A stretch of 64,000 nt of DNA from Dicyema japonicum (taxonomy: Eukaryota > Animalia > Dicyemida): positions 144,324 to 208,323 of the forward strand of contig RDEW01000047.1 of the NCBI GenBank assembly GCA_011109175.1, in the 5' to 3' direction. Positions within the stretch are counted from its first letter, which is position 1; every line of letters begins with the position of its first letter. The notes beneath the pieces were generated by a model. It was not told the origin of the DNA and did not search any database. It saw nothing but the letters and a program-made list of their open reading frames with translations. Position numbers and translations under genes: made by a program. Positions 22,621 to 36,419 of this stretch are shown piece by piece.

Positions 22621-25600
22621 ATGTTTGGGGAGGATACTCTTAAAAGTGTATTTTCTGGTGGCGCAAAAACAACTACAACACTTCTTTTGCGGTCGGAAAC
22701 ATCAATGGATATGATTTTATAGTTTACTTCTCAGTGATAACTCGTTAGGCTTACGCTTCAGGATCAAAACTGGTGATTTTATCACATCTTTTCCAAAAAA
22801 TTGACGCAATCGAATGTCACGAAGGAGAGATTTGCTGTGTCTCCTGTAGTCACTGCTATGGAAAGGTATTCAGCATGATCTTTACTTAGATTGCTGTGTC
22901 AATAGGTAACCAAATATTTTTTCTCGAACCAATAGCTGATAAGAATTCATGCCAAGTCAGATTTTGCTGATAAAATTTAGGAATATAATTGGCGTAGATT
23001 TGAGTAAAGTAAAACTCTTTGAGATTATACAATAACATATTTCGTATTTGACTACTTTGACGAGTTTCCTTTTTATTTCAGGGACGAAGCTGTTGCTGGC
23101 GGACTCTGACAACAACATGGAGATGAGGGGGTGGTCTAGTGAGAGTTAACAGTAGGTGTCGAATTGGCAAAACAAGTATCTGTGTCTTTTATTATCAGTG
23201 ACCACGCTCCGATCGAGAAGCTGTCATTTTCAAAGGATGTCTTTTTCTTTGCTTCGCTTTGTAAGGTTTGTGGTCACATCGACAATTTGAATAGGGCAGC
23301 ACTGACGTAAAGATTTGGTTCAAGCGTCAATGTGAGGACAGTATTGAGAGGATTTCCCGCTTTAATAAAGGGTCATCGATGCAATTTGACTTTGTGGCCC
23401 TTCACCATTCAATGCCTGTCATTTACTTTTCTTGGCGACAGATCAGTAGTCACCAAATGGCTCCGTAATTCACATGTTAAGAGTAGGGGGACAGTTGTCA
23501 ACTTAATGGTGACCTCTGCCGTTAACGGAATCGGCAGAATCTGGCAACAGAGTGTGGAGGCTCAGTCAAACATTGAGATTACGTGACATAATCGTAAGAA
23601 CAGCTTTCACCAGCTGAGAACTAAAGCCATTAAACGGATAAAAAAGGCTAAGAAAAAAGACCATGGATGGTGGCCGCTAAGAAATCCGTAAATTGCGGAC
23701 ATAAGTGTCTTCGCCACGGAAATCACCGTCTCACGCAATTTCCATATGGTACATAACATCTACCTTTCTTCTAAAGAGGGTCCATTGACATAGCATTGAC
23801 TAAATAACAAGAAAATAGCGTTTAATCTCCAATTGAATGCACTGATTCTCTACAATCACTCAGTATGTTATGTTCTCACTTTAGTACTGCAAATGTGAAT
23901 ACCATGAGGACCGAATCGCTTCTGAAAAGCTTCCCAACACACCGAGTAAGTTGCTTTACAACTTTCAGGCTGAAATGGTATTCTGTGATTTTATCGTAGT
24001 GCTCCACTTGTCATAACCTGTACACAGAGATATCCGACCTTCTTAAGAGCTGGTATAACAGCAGCGATCTAATTTTTGCGGTAAACCACGCCACAGGCAC
24101 ATTTTCTATTTGGTATTGGTTTATTGTTAGTTGAGGCAATTAAAATATTTGGATACAAGTCTTATTGACAGCCTGAGAAGTGTGGAATCAAAGCTTTTGA
24201 GTGGTCCACATCAGCTCTTCCAAAGTGACCGCTCAGAATGCCTGTCAAGTCACATTCAAACGTTCGAAAATCACTATTATCTGCTTCCCAACCTTGTTTC
24301 CTCGTATCCTAGCTGTTTTGACTGGATCAAGATGCTGAGGGAACCCTGCATTTTCATAGTTGCCAGACACACCGATGGGACCATTTACCAACTCCAGGCA
24401 TCCTTTAGTTTAACTTTTCTAGGCAAATTTTCAGCTGCAGAACAACCAGGCTTCAATTTCCAACATAATCCCAGTTAATAGGGTCTGTGGACATCGGTAT
24501 GACATCCGTAGTATTAACCACCACCCTTACCTTCCGTTAATAGTCTCCATCGCTTTTTCCCCTTCCGTATATTTTGTCATTATTTCCTTAGGGTGAAAAA
24601 ACTGAAATGATTTTATGGCTGATGGATTCTCCAGGCTACCTCTATCAGAAAGGACCCGTTGGACTTCACGAATTAGCTAGAGTGAATAATTTCTATCCTC
24701 TTTCCTACGACAAAGTTGCCTGGTTTCCTCTTCTTCTTCCTGGGTGAGATTGCTATCTTTAATTCCTAGTTATAACTCCGATAAAGAAATATGCTCTCCG
24801 TCTTCACTCTTTGTTGTACAGAGAGATAAAAAATTCCTTATTTGCCATGCGGTTGTTGATGTGCGATCTCATCTCTCCCTGGTATCTATCAATAATAATT
24901 TTTAGAGTCAGAGAACATATCATCAGCCAATCTTAATCAGCAAACAGTCGGCGATGATGTCCGGTGCCATTCTCAAACTAAAATCTATTAAGGACAATCA
25001 GAAGGTTTACTTTAAGGGAATAATCTTTTAGGAGAATGGGAAAACCATTTTTATGCACATTTACTATAAATATTCCGTCACAAACCAAACATCTGATGTT
25101 AGCTCGTACTATTCCCAGAATCTTGATACCGCCTTCACTCGGAGCTACATTCTTGTGGTAATAACTCAGTTGGATGGCCAACAATTTATCCTCGAAGCTT
25201 ATGAGATCATTGTGACTGCCGATAAATTAAAGGAAACACCGTTTATAGTCAATCCCTCCGTTACCGTCAAACGGATCTCACGGAAACACTTTTCTTGCAA
25301 CGGATCCACTTTACTTGATATAAAACCAACCTCAGATCACAAAGCTTCCATATATTTTTCTCGATTTATGGTCCCTCCTTATTTATTTGCCCTTATATTT
25401 GCTGATGGAGAGATAAGGCTGTGGCAGTCCTCAATGACTAGCTATGGAATTGAGTTCTGTCCAGTCAAAAACTTGTTTAACATTCCCCAACTGACAGATT
25501 CAACCAACAGTTTTTCATCTGTTTATTTGCGCAGTTTTTAGTTCTCTCAGTTTTGCCTATGACAGTCGTCTGGCCTTTGCTAAACTGAACGTGGATTCAC

Positions 25601-28600
25601 CTTCCCTCCAGGTGGGAATCTGGGAGTCGGAATCTTCTGGGGGCTTTGATTGGAATTTGGAAGCTCTGGTCAACGTGGACCCCCCTAAAGTGTTTGCCTC
25701 GCTTTTATGTCTGTAGAAATGACAATTTGAATCCACGTGTTAATCTGGAGTGGCTTCCAACTATGAATGGCTCCCATATACTAGTGGTAATGACGAATTC
25801 TACGGTATTGCTAGTTTAATATTTGAAGGTTTATTTCTTTTCCGAGAATTTCAATATTCCAGAAAAGTGGGTACTAATAAGACAAGTTCCTCTTCCTCAG
25901 TCACATAATAATTCCCTTTTTACCATCGTTCGTGTTTGTGGTGATTGCAGTGTTTAGACGGGTCCCTGATGATTGCCAACGGAAATGAGACGGTCCTCTA
26001 TAGACCAGAGATAGATGAAACAGAGGTTTTCTCTCAATCTCGTTTACATACTCGAATTAAGCCCCTCTATCACCCCAATCAACTTGTCGCCTTTCTGAAC
26101 CTTGGAAAGACGATCAGAGTCAATAAAATCCTCAGTCATCTGCTTGAATGCATCGACCGAGCTGTACGGGAGAAGGCAGAGAGTCCGTATTCTATTCCGG
26201 TGTTGCCATTGCACTCCGTTGCAGATGAGATGAATGATGACGGAGACAAATCGCCGGATAATCATGGAAATGACGAAAATTTGTTTGCTGAGAATGACGT
26301 AGATTTTTGTTTTTACTGTTTTAGGAATCCATTTGGAAATCCAGCACCGATTCTCTTAATATAAATAGCGACGACTGCTCATCTGATATTCAACTGCCTG
26401 TGGAGAACAGACCTGAGACTCAAACTTCCGTCGGGTTTTCGATGGCTCAGGTTTGACGAATCGGTTATTTTAGGCGAAACGACTGGGGAAGTATCTTGAA
26501 AAAATCCGTTTGAAGGGATTGACTGAAACTGAACATCAAGAATTGAAGTCTTTTTCTGAGTGCTGTGCTCACATTTCTTCAAAAATACAAAGTTTGTGAA
26601 TATCATTCATAACAGGTGGTCTCGACCTCCCGGCTGTTCGATTCTGCATGGCACTATTCAAGGCAAAGTGTCATAATGTCCCTATGAATGAGGACGCGTA
26701 TGCTTGGGCCTATTTTTCTGAATATAAGGAAGAGATGATAAACTACCTGCCTGGAGTAGCTGAGGGAAATCTCACTTGGGGGGAGTTTAGAGACGTTGGA
26801 TCAATATGGTGGATAGCAAAAATTTCACTTTTACGGAAATATATTGAACTGGTAATTTCTATTCTCTATGAAGATTGCCCGGTCTCATTTCAAACGTGAC
26901 TCTGATCCATTGGATGTCGCAATTTACTATCTGGCACTGAAAAAGAAATCTGTACTCCGTTCTTTGTACAAGTAATGACACGTGGGTTCATTTCATGAAG
27001 GTCTAAGAATGATTCTCGAATGGAAGCGTTTTTCTCTAATGACTTTGAGAATCCTCGCTGGAAGGAGGCTGCTGTTAAGAACGCCATCGTTCTACTCATA
27101 AAAAATAGATACATCCACAGTCAAGTCTTCCTTATGTTGACTAGTGACTTTAAGAGTGCCATTGACGTTTGATTGAAACTGATTGCCTAGATATGTGTAC
27201 ATAGACTCGAGGATTTTCAAATGGCATTGACTTTGGCTTCACTTTGTGAGTTGGATCTGTCGCCTCTTTCAAGTCCAACATTCTGTTTTCTCATAAAAAC
27301 CCACGTGCTATAAAACCCTAAATCCAGTCGTATTTTGAAAACAATTGTCGCCCTAATGCGGCAGGTTTTATTACTTTTTTAATGATAGGACTATGAGACC
27401 GCCTTGTTGTCTATGGCTGAGAGTTCCCCTGAAGAAACAGACTGTTCGAGGCTTGACATGTACCACTATTTCACAAGTTACCGAAAAGTTCAGTTCAGAG
27501 ATCATTCCGTAATAAAATAAGCTCATTTATTAGATGGCTTCTAAAAACAAGAAATTAATGGCCAAACTATTTTTCCAGGTTGCCTACACACACCTTCGCT
27601 GTGGCAATCCACATATTTGCTTTGAAATATTGCAACAGAATGGAAAGGTTCGTTCTTACTACTATTTCAGCTTTTTGAGGACATTACTATTCATCTCAAT
27701 CACCTCAAATTAATTTCCTGTCTAAAAATAATCGCCAATGAGCTGGACTCTGAAAATATTGGTTTTGAGAACAATCCACTAGCATTTAAAGAACATTTCT
27801 TACATTGGATCCATGCGAGTTCTTCCTTTGTAAACTCAACTTTCATCAGAATTTGTATCTCCCCGCTAATATCTTAGCCCAAAAAAATTCCCCTGCTCTT
27901 GAGTCCAACCTGAGCAGTTTTTTTTCTACGCAAAACAAAAGGTTGACAGAAGGTGGAGAATTTGCCCGATCCTGCATTGACTGGCTCATTGCTAACCGCT
28001 CTCTTCTCCACCATCTTCTGTCGTACTGCAAACTTTTCGACTGCTCTTCTCTGATTTGTCTGACTGCTGTCAAAACGACTGGCTCATTGCTAACCGCTCT
28101 CTTCTCCACCATCTTCTGTCGTACTGCAAACTTTTCGACTGCTCTTCTCTGATTTGTCTGACTGCTGTCAAAACTGAACTGATTTTGTTAATTCAGGTCC
28201 TGGTTTTGCTACATTTGCAGAAATTAGAGCACGTGGCTGTGACCCATCCATTCAACAGAGATGATAATAGAACTTTTGATGTGCCCTACTCGTTCTCAAA
28301 TCAGATTTGCTATCAGGAAGTGCTATACAGCCCAATCAACTTTTTGCGGACTCTGAATCAGGACTTGGTCTCCTTATTGTTAAATTCCTACTCTTCCGAC
28401 TCTCCTGTTGAGGTTATGTATGTCCTCATCTTCTAGATCAGAGAAATCCTAAATCTGACGGTAACTCTCTCCTCCTCTCTTTTCCAATGTTTGGCAGACT
28501 ATCCAGGGAATTATTCGGATGAAGCACAAGTAATCGGGCATGGGTCGGTTCCGTTAATAAAACTCGGGGATCTGATGCTTGAGATGAAAAATGAGTTTAC

Positions 28601-31068
28601 TGGAACTGATCCGTACTACTCCAAAGTGGAAGCGTACTTTCCTTCCAGAATTAATAGCTGGCCGCGTTAGTTTTTGTCCCTTATTTGCAGTATATGGGCC
28701 CTCAAACAGCTATTCTGGATATACGACATTTTTGGTAGAGGTGTTGTCGACAGTCTACATTGCTTTGACGTACATTGCCCTTCTTCGGTCGGATTTTGAC
28801 TTGATGAGGAGTCTTATGATGTGTGTGTTTAACAAATGCACGTTCCATTATTTATTTGGGGGATCTGTTATGATGGCGGACGGAGATAGCTGTTTGCTTT
28901 ACTTTATAACTTTCAGATCACTTCTGCATACCACAGACCACCCTTTTCGACTTTTTCACCTCAGGGGTAACGTTGTTACTCATTTCGTAGACAAACGGAG
29001 TCGTTTCTGACAGAGTTGAAGAATTGCAGGAGTTTGATCTGTTTTAACCTCTCTAGTGAGGCACAATACTATTCTAAGCTGCTAAAACTAGCAAGTCTCA
29101 AATATGCTCGGAATTTACTCAAGAAACTGTACATTATTTGTGAGATCAACCCAAACAGTACATTTTGTGGAGAATTAGATTTAATATCAATGTCTACTAA
29201 TTTGTTTGTTGTCGACAGAATGCTGAGGACGCTCCATGAACGGCTTGAGGCGGATCTGACCCAATGGAATGGGCCAACTACAGACTATGAGAGACTTCTT
29301 CAACTTAGTGATTCCAAAAATATTTTGGAGAAATACCATTATTTGATATCGGGAGAATGTCGTCCCACGTTGGTGGTATTGTGTTAGTTCAGGGAGTTGA
29401 ACTCTTCTATGGACAAGCTCTGGCACATGCTTGTAAGGAAGAAGACTCTCCGACCTTCCTTCATCAGCAATCTCTAAGTGAAGATTAACTTGCAGACAGA
29501 TGTCTGGAGATTCAGTTTATTCATAAGAGCAACACGTGCGCGTAAAATCGCAGAGGATAATCGACCCAAAAGATGGAAAAGCGACTTCATTTTGTTTTAA
29601 CAAGGCGAGGCTAGTGTATTTTACATTAGTGCTACAGAGCACCTTGACCTTTACTTTCGGAAGCGATTTGGCTAAGGTAGAGATTACGAAATTGCTTTAC
29701 CCACCCACGTGGGTAGTAAACCGATCGAAATATGATGTTGATTTGCTTAGTTGGTTAGAAATTACTCTAACTTGCAGTATTATTATGGCAGACGAGTATG
29801 AAGGCATTTCTGCTGATTTGCCAATTCCCGAAATGTCTTTTCATGTCCACATTAACAGGTTCGTATCTGTAACGTGTCCATTAATGCTTGTAGACGATAA
29901 AATAGGCGGATTCTCATACATTTACGAAATTGTGCACACTTTCTAATCATAGACGTTGTGAGCTTTAATTACTCAGTCTTAGATGTCTGTAGGCATACCA
30001 ATGGGGTCGTTAAGGTTTGGAACTAGAGACGGAGTGAATCCATCCATCACCTTTTTGAACCATTGCATGGGAATGTTTCTGGAATAAAATTGTGTACATA
30101 TATTCCAATGAAAGCTGTTTTCTTTCTGATATGCTAGATCACTGAATGCGACAACAAGGGCTTTACTAAAACCTCTCACGTGAATTACCATATTGTTGAT
30201 TATTGACTTAATATGGTCAGTTTGCTCTTTATTGGCAGAATTTGCATAATAAGTTTCGAGTAAATGACTTTGACTATTTTTTGAATCCCAGCTCTATGAT
30301 TTTTGTCGGCAATTCAAATGATTGTACTTTTCTGTCCACGTGGGACCTGTTGATGCCTTAGATAATGACCTTACAAGGACGTTGACTTATAATTTATGTT
30401 CTTAGTTTTGAAGAATAATTATGGAGTATTTAACCGTCTAAAGAAAGCCACACAGCACAATTACTTACTTGCGGCTCACAACTCTGATGGATTGTATATT
30501 TTGGACTCGAGATCACGGAAAAAGCTTTCGTTGGTGAGGACAGATGAAGGACACATCATGTGTTTTGCCATACACCAAAATGAAGACTACTTTGCAATTG
30601 GCTGCAGTCTGGGCAATATTCGAGTTATTATTTTCGTTTAGTGGTAGATTTATAGAATGGCAGACTATAAGTTGGTGACCTCATTTAATGGATTGCATTC
30701 TCGTANGATTGTATATTTTGGACTCAAGGACACGGAAACAGCTTTCATTGGTGAGAATAGATGAAGGAAACATCACGTGTGTTGCTATACACCAAAATGA
30801 GGACTACTTTGCAATTGGCTGCAGTCTGGGCAATATTCGAGTTATTATTTGTGTTTAGTGGTAGATTTATAGAATGGCAGACTATAATTTGGTGACCTCA
30901 TTTAATGGAGTGCATTCTCGTAATTCCATTTTTAAACATCATATTGGAGTAACTGAAATTCAGTTTTGGCCTCCTGGCTTTCTTACTTCAAGTGGAATGG
31001 ATGGGACAGTCAGATTCCATGATATAGAAGTTTTGTCTAGTCTGCCTCATAAATTTTCCATTCATTAA
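22621..31068 (+). CDS. DMXL: Rabconnectin-3 alpha / DmX-like protein (N-terminal WD40, Rav1p_C region, C-terminal WD40); dozens of micro-introns
   Basis: N-terminal AYASGSKLVIL and WLR...NLMVTSAVNGIGRIW; Rav1p_C-like LTWGEFRDVGSIWW...LRKYIE, DPLDVAIYYLALKKK, FFSNDFENPRWKEAAVKNA, AID|ICVHRLEDFQMAL; C-terminal EDYFAIGCSLGNIR|IY...HSRNSIF...GVTEI...SSGMDGTVRF. Confidence 0.92.
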
Positions 31069-31139
31069 TAAATTATTTCTAATATTTTATTTCAACAACA
31101 ATTTTGATTTCATATTATTTTTGTCACTTACTCGACAAA

Positions 31140-32100
31140 TTTAATCCAGGCTCTCACCTTGGCTCGGTACTCCTCCCTGATCATAATCAAGCTCCTTGGA
31201 GTCTGGTTGTCTCCAGGTCAATTTGGATTATTCTTTCTGAATAGGATCTTCAAGTTTGTTGGCGTCATGTTCTTTTTGTCCATAGACAATTTCTCTGTCA
31301 TTATTTCCACTTTGTACAATTCATTATTGTAGACCATGTGCGCTGTTGTTAGTCCTGTGGTTGTCCTGTGGTTAGTGTTGTCGGTTGTAAGATTCCTATA
31401 CCTAACTATTTAGTCGAATGCTTCCTTTCTGTTTTTTAACTTCCTCATTAATTAAGAGTCGTCATGGGATCCACCAATCTCAGGAGACTCTCAATGCCTA
31501 GTCTGCATCCAAAAAAGATCCCTAATCCAGTGGAGGAGTCCCTACGATGTCGAATATTGATGAAACTCCGACCGTGGGAGGTGGATAATACCTGCTACTA
31601 TCCAAAATGTTCAGACAATAAATGATAATTTATGCAGATGACGTTGTCTTTACCTCACGTGGTCTAAACATAATGTTTGCAAGATTACAATATCACCTAA
31701 CCGTCGTAACGAAGGAAAGTCTAATCTTATTGAAAAGCCTTTCAGGGTTATGGAAGCCCGGAAACCATCTATTCCTGAATTATGTGTATACAAGCGGTAC
31801 TTTGAACCATCCATTACCTATTCGTATGGTTCCTGGGGCCCATTCACCTTTTGAACCAATTCCAGAAAGATTGCGGCCGTACAAAAAATAGATTGACGGG
31901 AAAGTGGATTTCCGGGAAGAAAAGTCAGCGGTTATTCTAAATGCAAACGAGATTGGTGGAAACATACCATTTACTAACATTTTGTCGTATAGGCACTCAA
32001 CCTCCTTTTCCGGGAAGAAAAGTCAACGATTATTCTAAATGCAAACGAGATTGGTGGAAACATACCATTTACTAGCATTTTGTCGTATAGGCACTCAACC
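31140..32100. mobile_element. Highly degenerate LINE fragments (3' end on minus at 31140-31400; RT fragment on plus at 31500-32100)
   Basis: IIYADDV on the plus strand. The minus-strand sequence accgagccaaggtgagagcc matches plus-strand accgagccaagctgagagcc at about 37338. Confidence 0.45.
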
Positions 32101-32684
32101 TCCTAATTTAACAATTCTGGGTTAATATTATCTGGTCCAGGGTTCCTAGTTGCGGCAGTCTAATTTGATTTCTTCAGGAAAATTAACCTCTAAAGGTCTT
32201 GGCATTCCATCAAATAGATGTAGTATTAACAATGAAGAGCTTCTCGAAAGATCGGCTTGTTACGCTCAATATTAATTTTCCACTCCCAATTGATATTCTC
32301 TATCGTATTTCTATATGTTCCTCTCAAATTTGCAACCTCTAAGTGAAACGGCATCAGGCACATTTTAGTCTTTCTCTTGTGCCAATATATTTTCAAGCTG
32401 CTTTAATAATAATGCTCTTTGTATGGTACCAAGAAACTCTTAGTGAGACATTCGCCGATACAACCAATAGATGAGTCATAGTCTCTCGATAGCTCTCTGT
32501 TATCTCTGGTTGATAAACAAGCTCAGTAATAACGATAATAATAATGATAATAACGATTTATTAAAGAAAGAGTTAAAGAGTTTTCTGGAGGGTACTCCAC
32601 ACCTGGACCCTTCCTCCTTTTTAAAATTTCTTGCTCAATCATAAAATCATCTCTTATATTTTCAAGTTTGTTATTTTTAGTTAG

Positions 32685-32935
32685 TTAAGTCAGTTAAGTA
32701 ACCCCCTCACTAACTTGTAGGAGGCCAGCAGCTATTAAATAGGACGCAGCAGATGTTGGTCGCTCCCATAGATCGGTTAGTCCCGGAATTGTAGACGAAC
32801 GTTGTGCTAATTCATGACATTCAAATAGGCGTTTTGTTGTCAACACGTAGAGGTTGAAAGGGACAGAGGATATCGTATGTTGGTAGATAGGGGTGGTGCC
32901 CACATCGTAGACGAACCAGGTGTTCTCGGACGTCC
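32685..32935 (-). mobile_element. I/Ingi-like LINE 3' end
   Basis: KRLFEC...LTDLWERPTSAASYL C-terminal motif; aactaact tail; same family as 640-1510. Confidence 0.65.
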
Positions 32936-33149
32936 CTCGAAAAAGAGGTTTCTTATTTGTATATTGGAGGAGGGGGCCGGTGTAATATTTTATTATTTTC
33001 GAGTCTTTGTAATCTTTGTCTAAGCATAAAGATTGGCTGTGTTAATTTAATTATATTATTGATTTTATTTCATAATAAAATTTAATTATTGTAAAAAATA
33101 AAATATATTTATTATAATGAAAACCGAAAAATAAAAGAAACTTAATTAT

Positions 33150-35029
33150 TCAATCACCACCCTTTATTTTTGGTGAGATTTACTTGACATCTTTTTTGAC
33201 AATCAGGTTCAGCTATTCGTGTAGTTCCGACTTTGTTTAAAGCGGATAAATTTTCAGCAGTGAGTCTTGTTATTTGAGCAGTTATTGTCAATTTCATAAA
33301 TGGGGGAAGCTGCTCACACACATATGTCGAACCAAACAAAAATGATTTCTGTCGCAAAATTAAAGTTTTTAAACTTTCCAGGAAAATATGAAAAGAAAGC
33401 AGGTATTCCAACCTCCAAAGGAAAATATGAAAAGAAAGCAGGTATTCCAACCTCCATTTACAAGAGTTCCATTTGTAAGCTTTCATCTCCTCTTCATTTC
33501 GTCTGTGTTTGGCCTTTCATTTCCATAAATAGAATTATTTCCAGTCTCAACAAATAAAATCTTTTAACTACTTTGTGAAGTAATAACCAGCGAACTGGAG
33601 TATAAAAATGTCGATGAACTGGTTATTCATATCTATCAGCTGTTTACTAAACTGTCGGTGGTTGAGGGAATGATTTCGGATATATTTTACTGTTTTGTAA
33701 CCAATCTAATCGTATTTTCCACTTTTAAAATTTTTTAACACAAATTTTGCTGATGAATAATACACTGAAAGTGAACAACGATGACCCGGGATTTAACTTT
33801 TCTATTTCAGCTCGCAATTTGGCAGCAACAACAGCATCCAACCATATTCTGAGCACCTTCGGGGCAAAAACATACAGACTTCTTTAAATCAAATACAGTC
33901 AAAGAGAATTTGTAGTCGTTTTACAAAAATATCTTATCGTGCATTGGTACCAGTTCGAGAAATTCTTCATAAATATTAAAATCTGAATCACGGGGTCTAA
34001 CAAACATTGCTAATTGTGCAATTCCACCAACGTCTACTCTTTCATCGATCGCAATTGAAAAATAGTCAAATTTTAAAAATTCAGACTTTAGTTAGTATTT
34101 CAAAGACATTTCATTAATGAGTTTAGCAACAGTGTTTCTGGTCAATGAAATATCTAGACGAGTGGGCGTTGTCTGGACAAATAATTTTTGCTGTTTTATA
34201 AGGCATTGTTAGATGAAATCACCATCGCAATATGATTTTCCTGCTGATTTCATAGCTTGCACTAACTGAGTACTTCGAAATGTAACGTAGTTAAATTTTT
34301 TCGCAATTCATTTAGATAAAACCCCGTTAGACCTTCTTGGTTAATATTCAACTTATATAATTAGATTGGTAATGTCTTGTTATATTGTAGTCTTTCGGTA
34401 TAGCGATTAACTGGTTGCACATCAAACAATATATTTTTCCATCAACCGTTGTGCAAGAATAAATTACCATTTATATTGAAACACTCTCATTTCATATCAA
34501 ACGCCGTTCAGAAAAAAACAAGATTTACAAATACTATTAAAAATTTAATTAAATGTAAAAAAATAACAAAATGAATTCTGTGTTTTATAGAAATTAAATC
34601 GGTCCGCACTTATGCTTGTCAAAGTCCGCAAAAGATGTCACCCATTCCGGAAAAAAGCCACCAACTTTTCNCCAAGGAATGATCTTCACTTCTTTTTTTC
34701 TTTTTCTTGTGTGAGTGTCCTTTCTAGACAATCCAGTTCCCAGTAAGTTTCCACTGATGACGGCGTCACTCGTCAAACCCTTTACAAATACTATTAAAAA
34801 TTTAATTAAATGTAAAAAATAACAAAATGAGTTTTGTGTTTTATAGCCATTAAATCGGTCCGCACTTATGCTTGTCAAAGTTCGCAAAAGATGTCACCCA
34901 TTCCGGAAAGGAACGAAAAGAGCCACCAAATTCTCCCCACCACTTGGGGGTTCCCGTAACTTATGTCTAATAAGGTCCGCATGAGGGCCGCACATATGCT
35001 TGTCGAGTGCCGCATGGTTGACACCCCTG
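33150..35029 (-). mobile_element. Degenerate hAT (SPIN/Buster/GTF2IRD2-like) DNA transposon with one recognisable terminus
   Basis: FDYFSIAIDERVDVGGIAQLAMFVR...FNIYEEFLELVPMH transposase motif near 33950-34080. Terminus caggggtgtcaaccatgcggc...tgcggccc starts at 35029 on the minus strand. Confidence 0.75.
34672..34792 (-). mobile_element. Central-domain fragment of the tRNA-derived SINE
   Basis: ccaaggaatgatcttcac...tcctttctagacaatccagttcc...gatgacggcgtcactcgtcaaaccc matches 35997-36103; begins at an N junction. Confidence 0.7.
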
Positions 35030-35889
35030 CAGTAGCGTAATCCAACTTCCATCGGACTGCAAATTCTATGGAAAGGGTTTCGCTGTGCACATAGTTATAA
35101 AAACCTGGAGAATTTGGACGCTTTACGAAAAACTTGCCAAGATTGTATCTCACCTGAAGTTTTCCTCGTTTCTCTTTATTGCGGGCGATTGGAATGATAA
35201 GTTGACTTGAAAAAGTTAAATTACATTTGAGCGTGTGGGTCAGAACGGATCTTTCAAAAAGCGTATCAAATGTAGAAGAAAAAAGCTACAGGGATGTGAT
35301 GTTAACGCTTTTACTTGAATCTGGAGACGGTTCTTGAGGACAACAGATTTCCTACTACCTGTCAAAATTAAAAATTTGTTGATGTATCGAGTTCAAATAA
35401 TCTGCAGAAATTCATTTGCGTATTCTGGAAACTCTCTGATGCGATTTTTATCAGTTATAAAAGAAAATATAGAATTTTTTTACAAAACCACGTTATTAAA
35501 ACATCCAAAGTGATAAATTAGTAATCAACTCCCGTGATTGGCTGCATTTTCTTACGATTTGTATTGAAATGCGTTCAATCAACCATCCCTCTTTTTGGCT
35601 GTCCCCCATCCTATTTGCTATCAACGATTCGATAGAACGTAGCCAGGAAAGCGAGTTGGATCATAGAATCCCGAGGTTATGTATTCAACGGACTGGATAA
35701 TTTACTCTTCTTTAGGTCGCATATTCTTTTCTCTAATGGTTCTAACTCTCGCTGAAGACGATTCTGGGTGAATGTCTGTAATCGTTATCCTGGTCAAAAA
35801 ATTCAAAGATTTACTAAAAATTTTGTCCAAATGCCCTAATCATGCAAATTAAATCTAAGTAACCCTGTTTCTAGGTTATGCAGTATAAT

Positions 35890-36205
35890 AATAATAAAGC
35901 CTTTTCACGAGAGCCATAGTATTTATAGCTCCGCATAGGCAGGACACACACTTTATTTAAGTAAAGTACAGTTAATTTTAACTAATCGTGTAGAACCAAG
36001 GAATGATCTTCACTTATTTTTTATTTTTCTCATGTGAGTGTCCTTTCTAGACAATCCAGTTCCGCAGTGAGTATTCACTGATGACGGCGTCACTCGTCAA
36101 ACCATTTCTGCATCGTAGATGCGTGGAACCTTCCACCAGGTGAACAGCAGCGAGATTCGAACCCGTAGCCTAAGCCACTTAAACCCGACATCTAACCACT
36201 AAGCC
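35890..36205 (-). mobile_element. tRNA-derived SINE, full length, RTE-like tail
   Basis: Minus-strand head tggcttagtggttag...gggttcgaatctcgctgctg; 12-bp TSD atgcagtataat (35878-35889, 36206-36217); (TTA)n tail. Confidence 0.9.
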
Positions 36206-36419
36206 ATGCAGTATAATTCAACGATAATTCCGAAATGTCAAGAAAGTACTTACAGATTTCAGTTTCGCGTAAAAAGTATTCATAATGAATTATTTAGCCT
36301 AGCGGTTAATAGGTCAAGTGGTTGAGATGATGACGTACCTTCAGTGCACTGTTCCACAGCTCTAGTAAATTAATGTCTTCACCTCTCAAAGTTAATATAG
36401 CGTCTTGCTTCCATTCTTG

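Noticed and set aside
27979-28174. Perfect 98-bp tandem duplication inside DMXL
   Set aside because: The copies are identical and the 98-bp period is not a multiple of 3 in an otherwise conserved gene; most likely an assembly artefact.
33381-33456. 39-bp direct repeat (CRISPR-like or peptide repeat)
   Set aside because: Only two adjacent copies with no spacer; a local duplication within the dead hAT transposase.
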